Part shown: positions 1-13,994 of the stretch, one piece after another
Layout of the letters: each line of letters begins with the position of its first letter
Position numbering within the stretch: the stretch's first letter is position 1
Translations under genes and position numbers: made by a program
The notes under the pieces: generated by a model
Database searches by the model: none
What the model saw: the letters and a program-made list of their open reading frames with translations, nothing else
What the model was told of the DNA's origin: nothing
NCBI RefSeq assembly: GCF_009914755.1
Contig: NC_060942.1
From: the human T2T-CHM13v2.0 reference genome, Homo sapiens
DNA length: 64,000 nt
Reading direction: 5' to 3' (one strand)

Positions 1-1089
<1,089 letters not shown>

Positions 1090-1329
1090 GAAAAGTAAAA
1101 ATTGGAGTAAATACAACAGATGTTCCTTTACCTCTTGAGTTTTCCAAATTGTGTTTGATTGTTGAAGCAAAAGAAATGTTAACATCATTTGATTTGTTTC
1201 TTAATACAGGTAGGGGAGATAATTTAAGATCATTACATGATAAATGGGGGTAAAGGGGCTTTTAAAAAGTAAGGTTTCTATACTTTATTTGAACGGTTAA
1301 ATGTCAATACCAGTAGACTACAATAGGTT

Positions 1330-1370
1330 GTATATATATATATACACATACATATATGTGTGTGTGTGTG
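1330..1370. repeat. (TA)n/(TG)n compound microsatellite
   Basis: tatatatatatata...tgtgtgtgtgtgtg read directly. Confidence 0.8.
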
Positions 1371-1422
1371 ATATAACACCTAGAGCAACCACTAAGAAAA
1401 CAAAACAAAGACATGCAATTAA

Positions 1423-1741
<319 letters not shown>

Positions 1742-2492
1742 AAATGTTATTTAAAAGTGTTTTAATAACTCACAATAAGGCAAAAGAGAAAAACAGAGGA
1801 ATTTGTCCTTTTGTGACTGGCTTATTTCACTTAGTGTGATGTCCTGATGGTTCATCCATGTAGTAGCATATGTCAGAATAGCCCTCTTTTTAAGACTGAA
1901 TAATGTTCTATTATATGGATACATCACATTTTGTCTATCTATTCATCCATGATGGACAATTGGGCTGCTTCCATGTTTTAGCTATTGTGACTATTGCTGC
2001 TATGAACATGGGTTTAGAAATATCGCTTTAAGTCTGTATTTTCAATTCCTTTGAGTATATACTCATAAGTGGAATTGCTGGGTCACATAGTAATTCTATT
2101 TAAAATTTTTTGAGGAAACCACAATATTGTTTTCCACAGCAACTAGACCATTTTACATTACCACCAACAGTCCACAAAGATTCTAAATTTTCCACATCCT
2201 CACAACACTTGTTATTTCTGTTTTTTTTTAATTGGTAGTAACTATCTTAATGGGTATGAGATGGTATCTCATTATATTTTTGATTGCATTTCCCTAATAA
2301 TTAGCTTTTCATGTGCATATTGGCTATTTGTACATCTTCTGTGGAGAAATGTCTATTCAAGTCCCTTGCCCATGTTTGAATTGGATTGTTGTTGTTGTTG
2401 AGCTTTAGGAATTCTCTACTTATTCTGAATATCAACCTCTTATCAGATATATGATTTGCAAATATTTTCTCTCATTCTGTAAGTTGCCCTTA

Positions 2493-2630
2493 GTTTTTTT
2501 TTTTTTTTTTTTTTGAGATGGGATCTTGCTTTTTTGCCCAGGCTGGTCACATATTCTTAGGCCCAAGTGATTCTCCTGCCTCAGCCTCCTGAGCAGTTGG
2601 GACTACAGGTGTACACTACTGTGCTCAGCT
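2493..2630 (-). mobile_element. Alu monomer/fragment
   Basis: Poly(T) plus a single Alu arm. Confidence 0.75.
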
Positions 2631-2693
2631 ATAGGTTGCTTTTTCACTCTTTTGACATTATCTTTTGATGCACAAAAATCTTTAATTTTTAAA

Positions 2694-2988
2694 ATTTTTT
2701 TTATTTTTTGAGATGGGGTCCTGCTCTGTCACCCAGGCTGGAGTGCAGTGGCATGATCAAGTTCACTGCAGCCTTGATCTCCCAGGCCCAAGCAATCCTC
2801 CCATCTTAGCCTCCTAAGTAGCTGAGACTATAGTCCCATGCCCCCACACCCAGCTAATTTTATTTTTTAAGTAGAGATGAGGCCTCACTATGTTGCCCAA
2901 GCTGGTCTGAACTCCTGAGCTCAAGCAGTTCTCCTGCCTTGGCCTCTCAAAGTGCTGGGGTTATAGGCATGAGCCATCATGCCTGGCC
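2694..2988 (-). mobile_element. Alu (AluJ-like)
   Basis: Reverse Alu with ctgcagccttgatctcc, ends CCTGGCC. Confidence 0.85.
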
Positions 2989-3318
2989 AATTTTTAAATT
3001 TTCATGTAGTCTAATTTGTCTATTTTTTCTTTTGTTACCTGTGTTTTACATATCAGCCTACAGAGTTTCTAGCCCTTCTGCTAACCCCCAAAGTTTCTAA
3101 TGAGAAATCAGCTGATAATCTTATTGAGGATCCCTTGAAAGTGATGAATCACTTCTTTCTTACTGCTTTCAAGGTTCTCTCTTTATCTTTGTATTTTCAT
3201 GGTTTGATTAAAATGTATTTCAGTGTAAGTCTCTTTGAGTTCATCTTACTTGGAGTTTTCTAAGCTTCTTGGATGTTTATATTGATGCCTTTCATCAAAT
3301 TTGGGGGACTTTCAGCCA

Positions 3319-3751
<433 letters not shown>

Positions 3752-4648
3752 TAGGCTCTATTCACTTTTCTTCAATCCTTTTTCTTTCTGTTTCTCAAAC
3801 TCAATAATTTCCATGCCCTACCTTCAAGTTTGCTCATTCTTTCTTCTGCCTGCTCAAACCTGCCTGCGAATCCCTTCAGTGAACATTTAATTTGTTATTG
3901 TATTTTTCAGCTCTAGAATTTATTTATTTATTTTAGCCTATTTCCTTACTGATACTCCCATTTTGCTCATGCATCATTTTCTTGACTTTCTCCACGTTTC
4001 TTTTGTTGTTTGAGAATCTTTAAGACAATGGTTTTTAAATCTTTGTCTAATAGATCTGCCATCAGGTCTTTTTCAGGGACAGTTTCTGCTTATTTTTTAA
4101 ATGAGCCAAACTTTCCTGCTTCTTTGTTTTCCTTGTGATTTTGTTGTTGTCGAAAACTGGACATTCAAATCAAATAATGTGGTAACTCTGAAAATCATAT
4201 TCTCCCTTTTGCTGTTTGTCTGCCATTGCTTCTGTTATTCTTTTTGTTTTTCTGATTGTTGTAGGCTGTTCCAGTGCCTTTTTCTAAGCAACTATGGTCA
4301 CTTTCCAATTGTGCTCATATATCCAGTTCCTTTTGAATGTTCCAGTCTTTAATGTCTGGCTCCCAAAAGGGAGAAAAAAAAAAAAACTCAAGAGTAGGGG
4401 AAATATAGAACTGGCCCTTTAAATCCCCTGGATGTCACTTCAGCCAGAAGGAGAAAGGTTTGCAACAATGGGGGAGGTGTAGCAGAAGCAGCAACAATGG
4501 AGCCAGGTGATCAGAAGCAGCACTCAGCAATCAGAGTACAGATCCCCCATATTTGTAGAACAGGGTCCTTTTTGCCCTCCTTGGCTTCCACAAGCTATGT
4601 GCAAGCTGCTCCAGGAATACATAACTAACTATCCCAGGACTGGAGGTG

Positions 4649-5299
4649 GGGGATATGAACTGTTACTGTCCTAAGGGCTGAAATTGATTTAACTTAACCG
4701 CAATTTACTTGTGCAAGCCACTCTATAGAAATTGTAAGCCTTCAATTCAATAGATGCCAGAGTTCCAAAAGTATTTACATCAGACAGATTCTGCTGGTGC
4801 AGTTGCTGTCTAGGTGAGGAGACAGATTCCTGAGACTTTTTACTCTGCCATCTTCCCAGAATCCTTCTAGTTTTAATGTTGTACTCTCTAATGAGATGTA
4901 ACTGTTTACCCAATTTCCCCAATTGCTGCAACTTATGGTTAAATAAGATGGCTATATAAGTTATATAAATGTTTACATCTTATGTGCATCTTCTCCAATG
5001 ACAAAACCACTGGGGAAAACTTGGTAAAGTGTACATAGGACCTCTCTACCATTTTTGCAGCTAACTGTGAATATTTAGTTATCTCAAAAACAAAACAAAA
5101 AACAAGAAAAAAAACAAAAAATTGCCAAACTTGAAATTCAGGCTCTATTACTGTCTGTGTGAACTTGGGCTCATTTAACCAATCTGTGACTTGGTTTTGT
5201 CATCCATAAAATAACAGTATCTACCAAGTTATGGTAAAAAATAACTGAAATAACATATCAAAAGAAAAACTGTTTACTTATATCCCAGTTGTCACTTTT
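4649..5299 (+). repeat. Direct repeat copy 1 (~650 bp) flanking HERV-H
   Basis: ggggatatgaactgttac...cccagttgtcactttt aligns to 11795-12437; ORFs 4689..4931 and 11835..12077 are near-identical. Confidence 0.95.
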
Positions 5300-5307
5300 C
5301 ACTTTCA

Positions 5308-5691
5308 CTAAGCCATCATATCCCCTGTGACCTGCATGGACACATCCAGATGGCCGGTTCCTGCCTTAACTGATGACATTCCACCACAAAAGAAGTGAAA
5401 ATGGCCTGTTCCTGCCTTAACTGATGACATTACCTTGTGAAATTCCTTCTCCTGGCTCATCCTGGCTCAAAATCTCCCCCCAGTGAGCACCTTGTGACCC
5501 CCACCCCTGCCCGCCAGAGAACAACCCCCCTTTTTTCCTTTACCTACCCGAATGTTATAAAACAGCTCCACCCCTATCTTCCTTCGCTGACTCTCTTTTC
5601 GGATTCAGCCTGCCTGCACCCAGGTGATTAAAAAGCTCTATTTCTCACACAAAGACTGTTTGGTGGTCTCTTCACATGGACGCGAATGAAA
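5308..5691 (+). mobile_element. HERV-H 5' LTR (LTR7 family, LTR7Y/7B-like), missing first 21 nt
   Basis: Starts ctaagccatcatatcccctg, matching the 3' LTR from 11411. TATAAAA box, ATTAAA signal, ends GAATGAAA. Confidence 0.93.
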
Positions 5692-5694
5692 TTT

Positions 5695-5712
5695 TGGTGC
5701 CGTGACTCAGAT
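5695..5712 (+). promoter_or_regulatory. Primer binding site, tRNA-His
   Basis: TGGTGCCGTGACTCAGAT, 1 mismatch to the His PBS TGGTGCCGTGACTCGGAT. Confidence 0.92.
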
Positions 5713-7569
5713 CGGGGGACCTCGCTTGGGAGATCAATCCCCTGTCCTCCTGCTCTTTGCTCCGTGAGAAAGATCCACCTACAACCTCGGGTCCTCAGAC
5801 CAACCAGCCCAAGGAACATTTCACCAATTTTAAATCAGGTAAGCGGCCTCTCTTTACTCTCTTCTCCAACCTCTCTCATTATCCCTCAACCTCTCTCCTT
5901 TCAATCTTGGTGCCACACTTCAATCTCTCCCTTCTCTTAATTTCAGTTCCTTTCCTTTTCTGGTAGAGACAAAGGAGACCCGTTTTATCCATGAACCCGA
6001 TACTCTGGCACCAGTCACAGACTCGGGAAGACAGTCTTCCCTTGGTGTTTAATCACGCGGGGATGCTTGCCTGATTATTCACCCACGTTTCAGAGGTGTC
6101 TGACCACGTGGGGACGCCTGCCTTGGTCCTTCACCCTTAGAGGCAAGTACCGCTTTTCTGAGGGGCAAGAACCCCCTGACCCCTTCTCTCTGTGTCTCTA
6201 CCCCTTCACCACTTTCCTGGGGGGCAAGCACTCCACACCCCTTCACTCCGTGTCTCTACCCTCTCTTTTCTCTGGACTTGCCTCCTTCACTAAAGGCAAC
6301 CTTCCACCCTCTATTCCTTCTTCTCCCTTAGCCTGTGTTCTTAAAAACCTAAAACCTCTTCAACTCACACCTGACCTAAAACCTAAATGCCTTATTTTCT
6401 TCTGCAATGCTGCTTGACCCCAATACAGACTCGACAGTGGTTCCAAATAGCCAGAAAATGGCACTTTCAATTTTTCCATCCTACAAGATCTAAATAATTC
6501 TTGTCGTAAAATGGGCAAACAGTCTGAGGTGCCTGATGTCCAGGCATTCTTTTACACATCGGTCCCTTCCTAGTCTCTGTTCCCAATGGAACTTGTCCCA
6601 AATCTTCCTTCTTTCCTTCCCGCCTGTCCCCTCAGTCCCAACCCCAAGCGTCACTGAGTCTTTCTAATCTTCCTTTTCTACAGACCCATCTGACCTCTCC
6701 CCTCCTCACCAGGCCGAGCTAGGTCCCAATTCTTCCTCAGCCTCTGCTCCTCCACCCTATAATCCTTTTATCATCTCCCCCTCCTCACACCCGGTCCGGC
6801 TAACAGTTTCATTCCGCCACCTGTCCAGCAATTTCCTCTTAAAAAGGTGGCTGGAGCTAAAGGCATAGTCAAGGTTAATACTCCCTTTTTCTTTATCTGG
6901 TCTCTCCCAAATCAGTTAGTGCTTAGGCTCTTTTTCATCAAATATGAAAAACCCAGCCCAGTTCATGGCCCCTTTAGCAGCAACCCTGAGACGCTTTACA
7001 GCCCTAGACCCTGAAAGGTCAGAAGGCCGTCTTATTCTCAATATGCATTTTATTTTATTACCCAATCTGCTCCCGACATTAAATAAAGCTCCAAAAATTA
7101 AATTCCAGCCCTCAAACCCCACAATAGGACTTAATTAACCTCACCTTCAAGGTGTACAATAATAAAGTAGAGGCAGCCAAGTAGCAATGTATTTCTGAGT
7201 TGCAATTCCTTGCCTCCCCTGTGAGACAAGCCCCAGCCATATCTCCAGCACAGAAGAACTCCAAACGCCTGAACCACAGCTGCCAGGGGTTCCTCCAGAA
7301 CCTCCTCCCCCAGGAGCTTGCTACAAGTGCTGGAAATCTGTCCACTGGGCCAAGGAATGCCCACAGCCCGGGATTCCTCCTAAGCCATGTCCCATCTGTG
7401 CAGTACCCCGCTGAAAATTGGACTGTTCAACTCACCTGGCAGCCACTTCCAGAGCCCCTGGAACTCTGGCCTAAGGCTCTCTGATTGACTCCTTCCCAGA
7501 TCTTCTCGGCTCAGCAGATGAAGACTGACACTTCCCGATTGCCTCGGAAGCCTACAGGACCATCACAGA

Positions 7570-9320
7570 TGCTCTGGGTAATTATCACAGTGGAGGGTAA
7601 GTCCATCCCCTTCTTAATCAATATGGAGGCTACCCACTCCACATTACCTTCTTTTCAAGGGCCCGTTTCCCTTGCCTCCATAACTGTTGTGGGTATTGAC
7701 GGCCAGGCTTCTAAATCTCTTAAAACTCCCCAACTCTGGTGCCAACTTAGACAATACTCTTTTAAGCACTCCTTTTTAGTTATCCCCACCTGCCCAGTTC
7801 CCTTATTAGGCCGAGACACTTTAACTAAATTATCTGCTTCCCTGACTATTCCTGGGTTACACCGACACCTCATTGCCGCCTTTTCCCCCAGTTCAAAGCC
7901 TCCTTCACATCTTCCCTTTGTATCTCCCCACCTTAACCCACAAGTATAGGACACCTCTACTCCCACCTTAGCGACTGATCATGCACCCCTTACCATCCCA
8001 TTAAAACCTAATCACCCTTACCCCACTCAATGCCAATATCCCATCCCACAGCATGCTTTAAAAGGATTAAATTCTGTTATCATTGCCTGTTACACCATGG
8101 CCTTTCAAAGCCTATAAACTCCCCTTATAATTCCCCCATTTTGCGTGTCCTAAAACCAGACAAGTCTTACAGGTTAGTTCAGGATCTGCACCTTATCAAC
8201 CAAATTGTTTTGCCTATCCACCCTGTGGTGCCAAACTCATATACTCTCCTATCCTCAATACCTCCCTCCACAACCCATTATTCTGTTCTGGATCTCAAAC
8301 ACGCTTTTTTACTATTGCTTTGCACCCTTCATCCCAGCCTCTCTTCGCTTTCACTTGGACTGACCCTGACACCCATCAGGCTCAGTAAATTACCTAGCCT
8401 GTACTCCCGCAAGGCTTCACAGACAGCCCCCATTACTTCAGTCAAGCCCAAATTTCTTCCTCATCTGTTACCTATCTCAGCATAATTCTCATAAAAACAC
8501 ACATGCTGTCCCTGCCGATCGTGTCTGACTGATCTCTCAAACCCCAACGCCTTCTACAAAACAACAACTCCTTTCCTTTCTAGGCATGGTTGGATACTTT
8601 TGACTTCAGAAACCTGGTTTTGTCATCCTAATAAAACCATTATATAAACTCACAAAAGGAAACCTAGCTGACCCCATAGATCCTAAATCCTTTCCCCACT
8701 CCTCTTTCCATTCCTTGAAGACAGCTTTAGAGAATGCCCCCACCCTAGCTCTCCATGACTCATCCCAACCCTTTTCATTACCCACAGCTGAAGTGCAGGG
8801 CTGTGCAGTCAGAATTCTTACACAAGAACTTGGACCACGCCCTGTAGCCTTTTTATCCAAACAACTTGACCTTACTGTTTTGCCTAGCCCTCAAGTCTGC
8901 ATGCGGTGGCCGCTGCCGCCCTAATACTTTTAGAGGCCCTTAAAATCACAAACTAGGCTCAACTCACTCTCTATAGTTCTCATAACTTCCAAAATCTATT
9001 TTCTTCCTCCCTCACACCTGACACATATACTTTCTGCTACCCAGCTCCTTCAGCTGTACTCACTCTTTGTTGAGTATCCCACAATTACCATTGTTCCTGG
9101 CCCGGACTTCAATCCGGCCTCCCACATTATTCCTGATACCACACCTGACCCCCATGACTGTTATCTCTCTGATCCACCTGACATTCACCCCATTTCCCCA
9201 TATTTCTTTCTTTCCTGTTCCTCACCCTGATCACACTTGGTTTATTGTTGGCAGTTCCACCAGGCCTAATTGCCACACACCAGCAAAGGCAGGCTATGCT
9301 ATAGTAGAAGCCACTAGCCC
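7570..9320 (+). pseudogene. HERV-H pro/pol remnant
   Basis: ITVEGKSIPFLINMEATHSTL...CPVPLLGRD (protease); SPYNSPIL...YRLVQDL...YSVLDLKHAF (RT); multiple frameshifts and stops. Confidence 0.88.
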
Positions 9321-9519
9321 GCCTCTTAGAACCCCTCATTTCCTTTCCATCATGGAAATCTATGCTCAAGGAAATAACTTCTCAGTGTTCCATCTGCTAT
9401 TCTACTACTCCTCAGGGATTATTCAGGCCCCCTCCCTTCCCTACACATCAAGCTCGTGGATTTGCCCCCACCCAGGAATGACAACTCTTAACTCCCTGTT
9501 AGAGTGGACTGATGATCTT

Positions 9520-11200
9520 TGCTGGCAGGGGACCCTCCAATACTTTCACCCTGATGAAGTTCTGTTCTTTACTTTTATACTCACTCTTATTCTCATTCCT
9601 ATTCTCATGCTACCCTCTACCTCTCCCCAGCTATCTCCACCACACTATCAATCTCACTCACTCTCTCCTAGCCATTTGTAATCCCTCCTTAGTGAACAAA
9701 CGCTGGCTTTGCATTTCCCTTTCTTCTAGCGCCTACACAGCTGTCCCCGCCTTACATGCAGACTAGGCAACATCCCCTGTTTCCCTACACCTCCGAACTT
9801 CCCTCCCGAAGAACTCATTTACTTTCTAGACAGGTCCAGCAAGACCTCCCCAGACATTTCACATCAGCAAGCTGCCGCCCCCCTCCGTACTTACTTAAAA
9901 AACTTTTCTCCTTATGTCAACTCTACTCCTCCCATATTTACACTTCTCACAACACAAACTACTACTCCTGTGGCCACTCCTTTATGTATCTTTGGGCAAA
10001 GACCCACTGGAATTCCCCTAAGTAACCTTTCACCTTCTCAATGTTCCTTCACTCTTCATCTCCAAAGCCTAACTACACACATCACTGAAACAATTGGAGC
10101 CTTCCAGCTCCGTATTACAGACAAGCCCTCTATCAATACTGGCAAACTTAAAAACATTAGCAGTAATTATTGCTTAGGAAGACACCCTGTATTTCACTCC
10201 ATCCTTGGCTACCTTCCCCTTGCTCATCAGACTCTCCTCCCAGGCCCTCTTCTTGTTTACTTATACCCAGCCCCGAAAATAACAGTGAAAGGTTGCTCGT
10301 AGACACTCGACGATTTTCTCTTACACCATGAAAATTGAACCTCCCCCTCTACGTAGTTACCTCATCAGTCCCCATTACAACCTCTGACAGCTGCCGTCCT
10401 AGCTGGATCCCTAGGAGTCTGGGTACAAGACACCCCTTTCAGCACTCCTTCTCATCTTTTTACTTTGCATCTCCAGTTTTGCCTAGCACAAGGTCTATTC
10501 TTCCTCTGTGGATCCTCTGCCTACACGTGTCTACCTGCTAATTGGACAGGCACATGCACACTAGTTTTTCTTAGTCCCAAAATTCAATTTGCAAATAGGA
10601 CCGAAGAGCTCCCTGTTCCCCCTCATGACACCAACATGACAAAAAAGAGTTATTCCATGAATTCCCTTGCTTGTCAGTTTAGGACTTTCTGCCTCCACTA
10701 TTGCTCTCGGTACTGGAATAGCAGGCGTTTCAACCTCTGTCACGACCTTCCACAGCCTCTCTAATGACTTCTCTGCTAGCATCACAGACATATCACAAAC
10801 TTTATCAGTCCTCCAGGCCCAAGTTTACTCTTTAGCTGCAGTTGTCCTCCAAAACCGCTGAGGCCTTGACTTACTCACTGCTGAAAAAGGACAACTCTGT
10901 ATATTCTTAAATGAAGACTGTTATTTTTACCTAAATCAATCTGACCTGGTGTATGACAACATAAAAAAACTTCAGGATAGAGCCCAAAAACTTGCCAACC
11001 AAGCAAGTAATTACGCTGAACCCCCCTTGGGTACTCTCTAATTGGATGTCCTGGGTCCTCAATTCTTAGTCCTTTAATACCTGTTTTTCTCCTTCTCTTA
11101 TTCTGTTTAGTTTTTCAATTCATACAAAACCATATCTAGGCCATCACCAATAATTCTACATGACAAATGTTTCTTCTAACAACCCCACAATATCATCCCT
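9520..11200 (+). pseudogene. HERV-H env remnant
   Basis: FFLCGSSAYTCLPANWTGTCTL; fusion peptide ALGTGIAG; immunosuppressive domain LQNR*GLDLLTAEKGQLC from 10847; boundaries approximate. Confidence 0.85.
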
Positions 11201-11389
11201 TACCACAAAATCTTCCTTCAGCTTAATCTTTCCCACTCTAGGTTCCCACACCTCCCCAATCCCGCTTGAAACAGCCCTGAGAAACATCGTCCATTTCTCT
11301 CCATATCACTCCCAAAAATTTTCACCACCCCAACACTCACTTTACCACTATTTCGTTTTATTTTTCATATTAATATAAGAAGACAGGAA

Positions 11390-11794
11390 TGTCAGGCCTC
11401 TGAGCCCAAGCTAAGCCGTCATATCCCCTGTGATCTGCACGTACACATCCAGATGGCTAATTCCTGCCTTAACTGATGACATTCCACCACAAAGAAGTGA
11501 AAATGGCCTGTTCCTGCCCTAACTGATGATATTACCTTGTGAAATTCCTTCTCCTGGCTCATCCTGGCTCAAAAGCTCCCCTGCTGAGCACCTTGTGACC
11601 CCCCCACCCCTGCCCACCAGAGAACAACCCCACTTTTTTCCTTTACCTACCCAAATCTTATAAAACGGCCCCACCCCTATCTCCCTTCGATGACTCTCTT
11701 TTAGGACTCAGCCTGCCTGCACCCAGGTGATTAAAAAGCTTTATTTCTCACACAAAGACTGTTTGGTGGTCTCTTCACATGGACGCGAGTGAAA
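11390..11794 (+). mobile_element. HERV-H 3' LTR (complete)
   Basis: TGTCAGGCCTCTGAGCCCAAGC...GCGAGTGAAA, preceded by the PPT aagaagacaggaa. Confidence 0.95.
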
Positions 11795-12437
11795 GGGGAT
11801 ATGAACTGTTACTGTCCTAAGGGCTGAAATTGATTTAACTTAACCGCAATTTACTTGTGCAAGCCATTCTATAGGAGTTGTAAGCCTTCAATTCAATAGA
11901 TGCCAGAGTTCCAAAAATATTTACATCAGACAGATTCTGCCGGTGCAGTTGCTGTCTAGGTGAGGAGACAGATTCCTGAGACTTTTTACTCTGCCATCTT
12001 CCCAGAATCCTCCTAGTTTTAATATTGTACTCTCTAATGAGATGTAACTCTTTACCCAGTTTCCCCAATTGCTGCAACTTACGGTTAAATAAGATGGTTA
12101 TATAAATTATATAAATGTTTACATCTTATGTGCATCTTCTCCAATGACAAAACCACTGGGGAAAACTTGGTAAAGTGTACATAGGACCTCTCTACCATTT
12201 TTGCAGCTAACTGTGAATATTTATTTATCTCAAAAACAAAACAAAAAACAAATAGGAAAAAAAAATGCCAAACTTGAAATTTAGGCTCTAACACTGTCTG
12301 TGTGAACTTGGGCTCATTTAACCAATCTGTGACTTCGTCATCCATAAAATAACAGTATCTACCAAGTTATGGTAAGAAATAACTGAAATAACATATCAAA
12401 AGAAAAACTGTTTACTTAGATCCCAGTTGTCACTTTT
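11795..12437 (+). repeat. Direct repeat copy 2 flanking HERV-H
   Basis: Begins on the base after the 3' LTR; aligns to 4649-5299. Confidence 0.95.
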
Positions 12438-13994
12438 TGCTTTTGTTGCAATTGCTTTTGGCGTCTTCATCATGAAATCTTTGCCTGTGCCTTTGTCTTG
12501 AATGGTATCGTCTAGGTTGTCTTCCAGGATTTTTATAGTTTTGGGTTTTACATTTAAGGTATTTCAAGTTAATTTTTGTATATGGTGTAAGGAAGTGGTC
12601 CAGTTTCAATCTTCTGCATATGGCTAGCCAATTCTTCTGCATCACTTATTGAATAAGGAATCCTTTCCCCATTGCTTGCTTTTGTCAGATTTGTCAGAGA
12701 TCAGATAGTTGCAGGTATGTGGTCTTATTTCTGGGATCTCTATTCTGTTCCATTGGTCTATGTGTCTGTTTTTGTACCAGTACCATGCTGGTTTTGGTTA
12801 CTATAGCCTTATGATATAGATTCAAGTTGAATAGTGTGATGCCTCCAGGTTTTTTCTTTTTGCTTAGGATTGCCTTGGCTATCCAGGCTCTGTTTTTGTT
12901 CCATATGAATTGTAAAATAGTTTTCTCTAGATCTGGGAAGAATGTCAATAGTGGTTTAATAGTAATAGCATTGAATCTATAAATTGCTTTGGGCAATATG
13001 ACTGTTTTAATAAAATTGATTCTACCTATCCATGATCATGGGATGATTTTCCATTTGTTTGCGTCTTCTGTGTTTTCTTTGAGCAGTGTTTTGTAGTTCT
13101 CCTTGTAGAGATCTTTCACCTCCCTAGTTAGCCGTGTTACTATGTATTTTATTTCTTTTGTGGCAATTGTGAATGGGAGTTCATTCCTGATTTGGTCCTT
13201 GGCTTAACTATTGTTGGTGTATGGGGATGCTAGTGACTTTTGCACATTAATTTTGTATCCTGAGACTTTTTGCTGACATTGTTATTATTAAAAAAAATCA
13301 AAAGATAACGGATGCTGGTGAGGCTGTGGAGAAAGGGGATAGCTTATACACTGTTGGCGGGAGTGTAAATTAGTTCAGCCATTGTGGAAGACAGTGTGGT
13401 GATTCCTCAAAGACATAAAGACAAAAATACCATTCAATCAGCAATCCCATTACTGGGATCCCATTATACCCAAAGGAATATAAATCATTCTACCATAAAG
13501 ACACATGCATGTGTATGTTTTTGCAGCACTATTCACAATAGCAAAGACATGAAACCAAGTCAAATGCCCATCAATGACAGATTGGATAAAGAAAATGTGG
13601 TACATATATACCATGGAATACTATGCATCCACAAAAGAGAACAAAATCATGTCCTTTGCTGGGACATGGATGGAGCTGGAGGCCATTATCCTTAGCAAAC
13701 TAACACAGGAACAAAAAAACCAAATACCACATGTTCTCAGTTATAAGTGGAAGCTAAATGATGAGAACACATGGACACATAGTGGAGAACAACACAAACA
13801 GGGGCCTTTTGGAGGGTGAAGGGTAGGAGAAGGGAGAAGATCTTAAAAAATAACTAATGAGTACTAGGCTTAATATCTGGGTGATAATCTGTATGACAAA
13901 CCTCCATGACACAAGTTTACCTTTGTAACAAATCACTTGTACCCCTGAACTTAAAAGTCAAAATAATAAAATAAATAAAAAAGAAAAAAAAAAT
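12413..13994 (+). mobile_element. 5'-truncated L1 (L1PA13-like) with 5' inversion
   Basis: Antisense ORF2 segment ~12413-13280, then sense ORF2 end, 3'UTR and poly(A). TSD aaaagaaaaacYgtt at 12398-12412 and 13995-14009. Confidence 0.88.

Larger units (their letters stand above)
5308..11794 (+). mobile_element. HERV-H provirus (6.5 kb, defective gag-pro-pol-env)
   Basis: Two LTR7-family LTRs, His PBS, gag/pro/RT/env remnants, polypurine tract before the 3' LTR. Confidence 0.96.

Noticed and set aside
4689-4931. Pair of near-identical 80-aa ORFs (also 11835-12077)
   Set aside because: By-product of the 650-bp duplication; non-ATG start, no recognisable domain.
9067-9681. 204-aa ORF inside HERV-H
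   Set aside because: Frameshifted mosaic across deleted pol/env; only a short RNase H-like stretch is recognisable.
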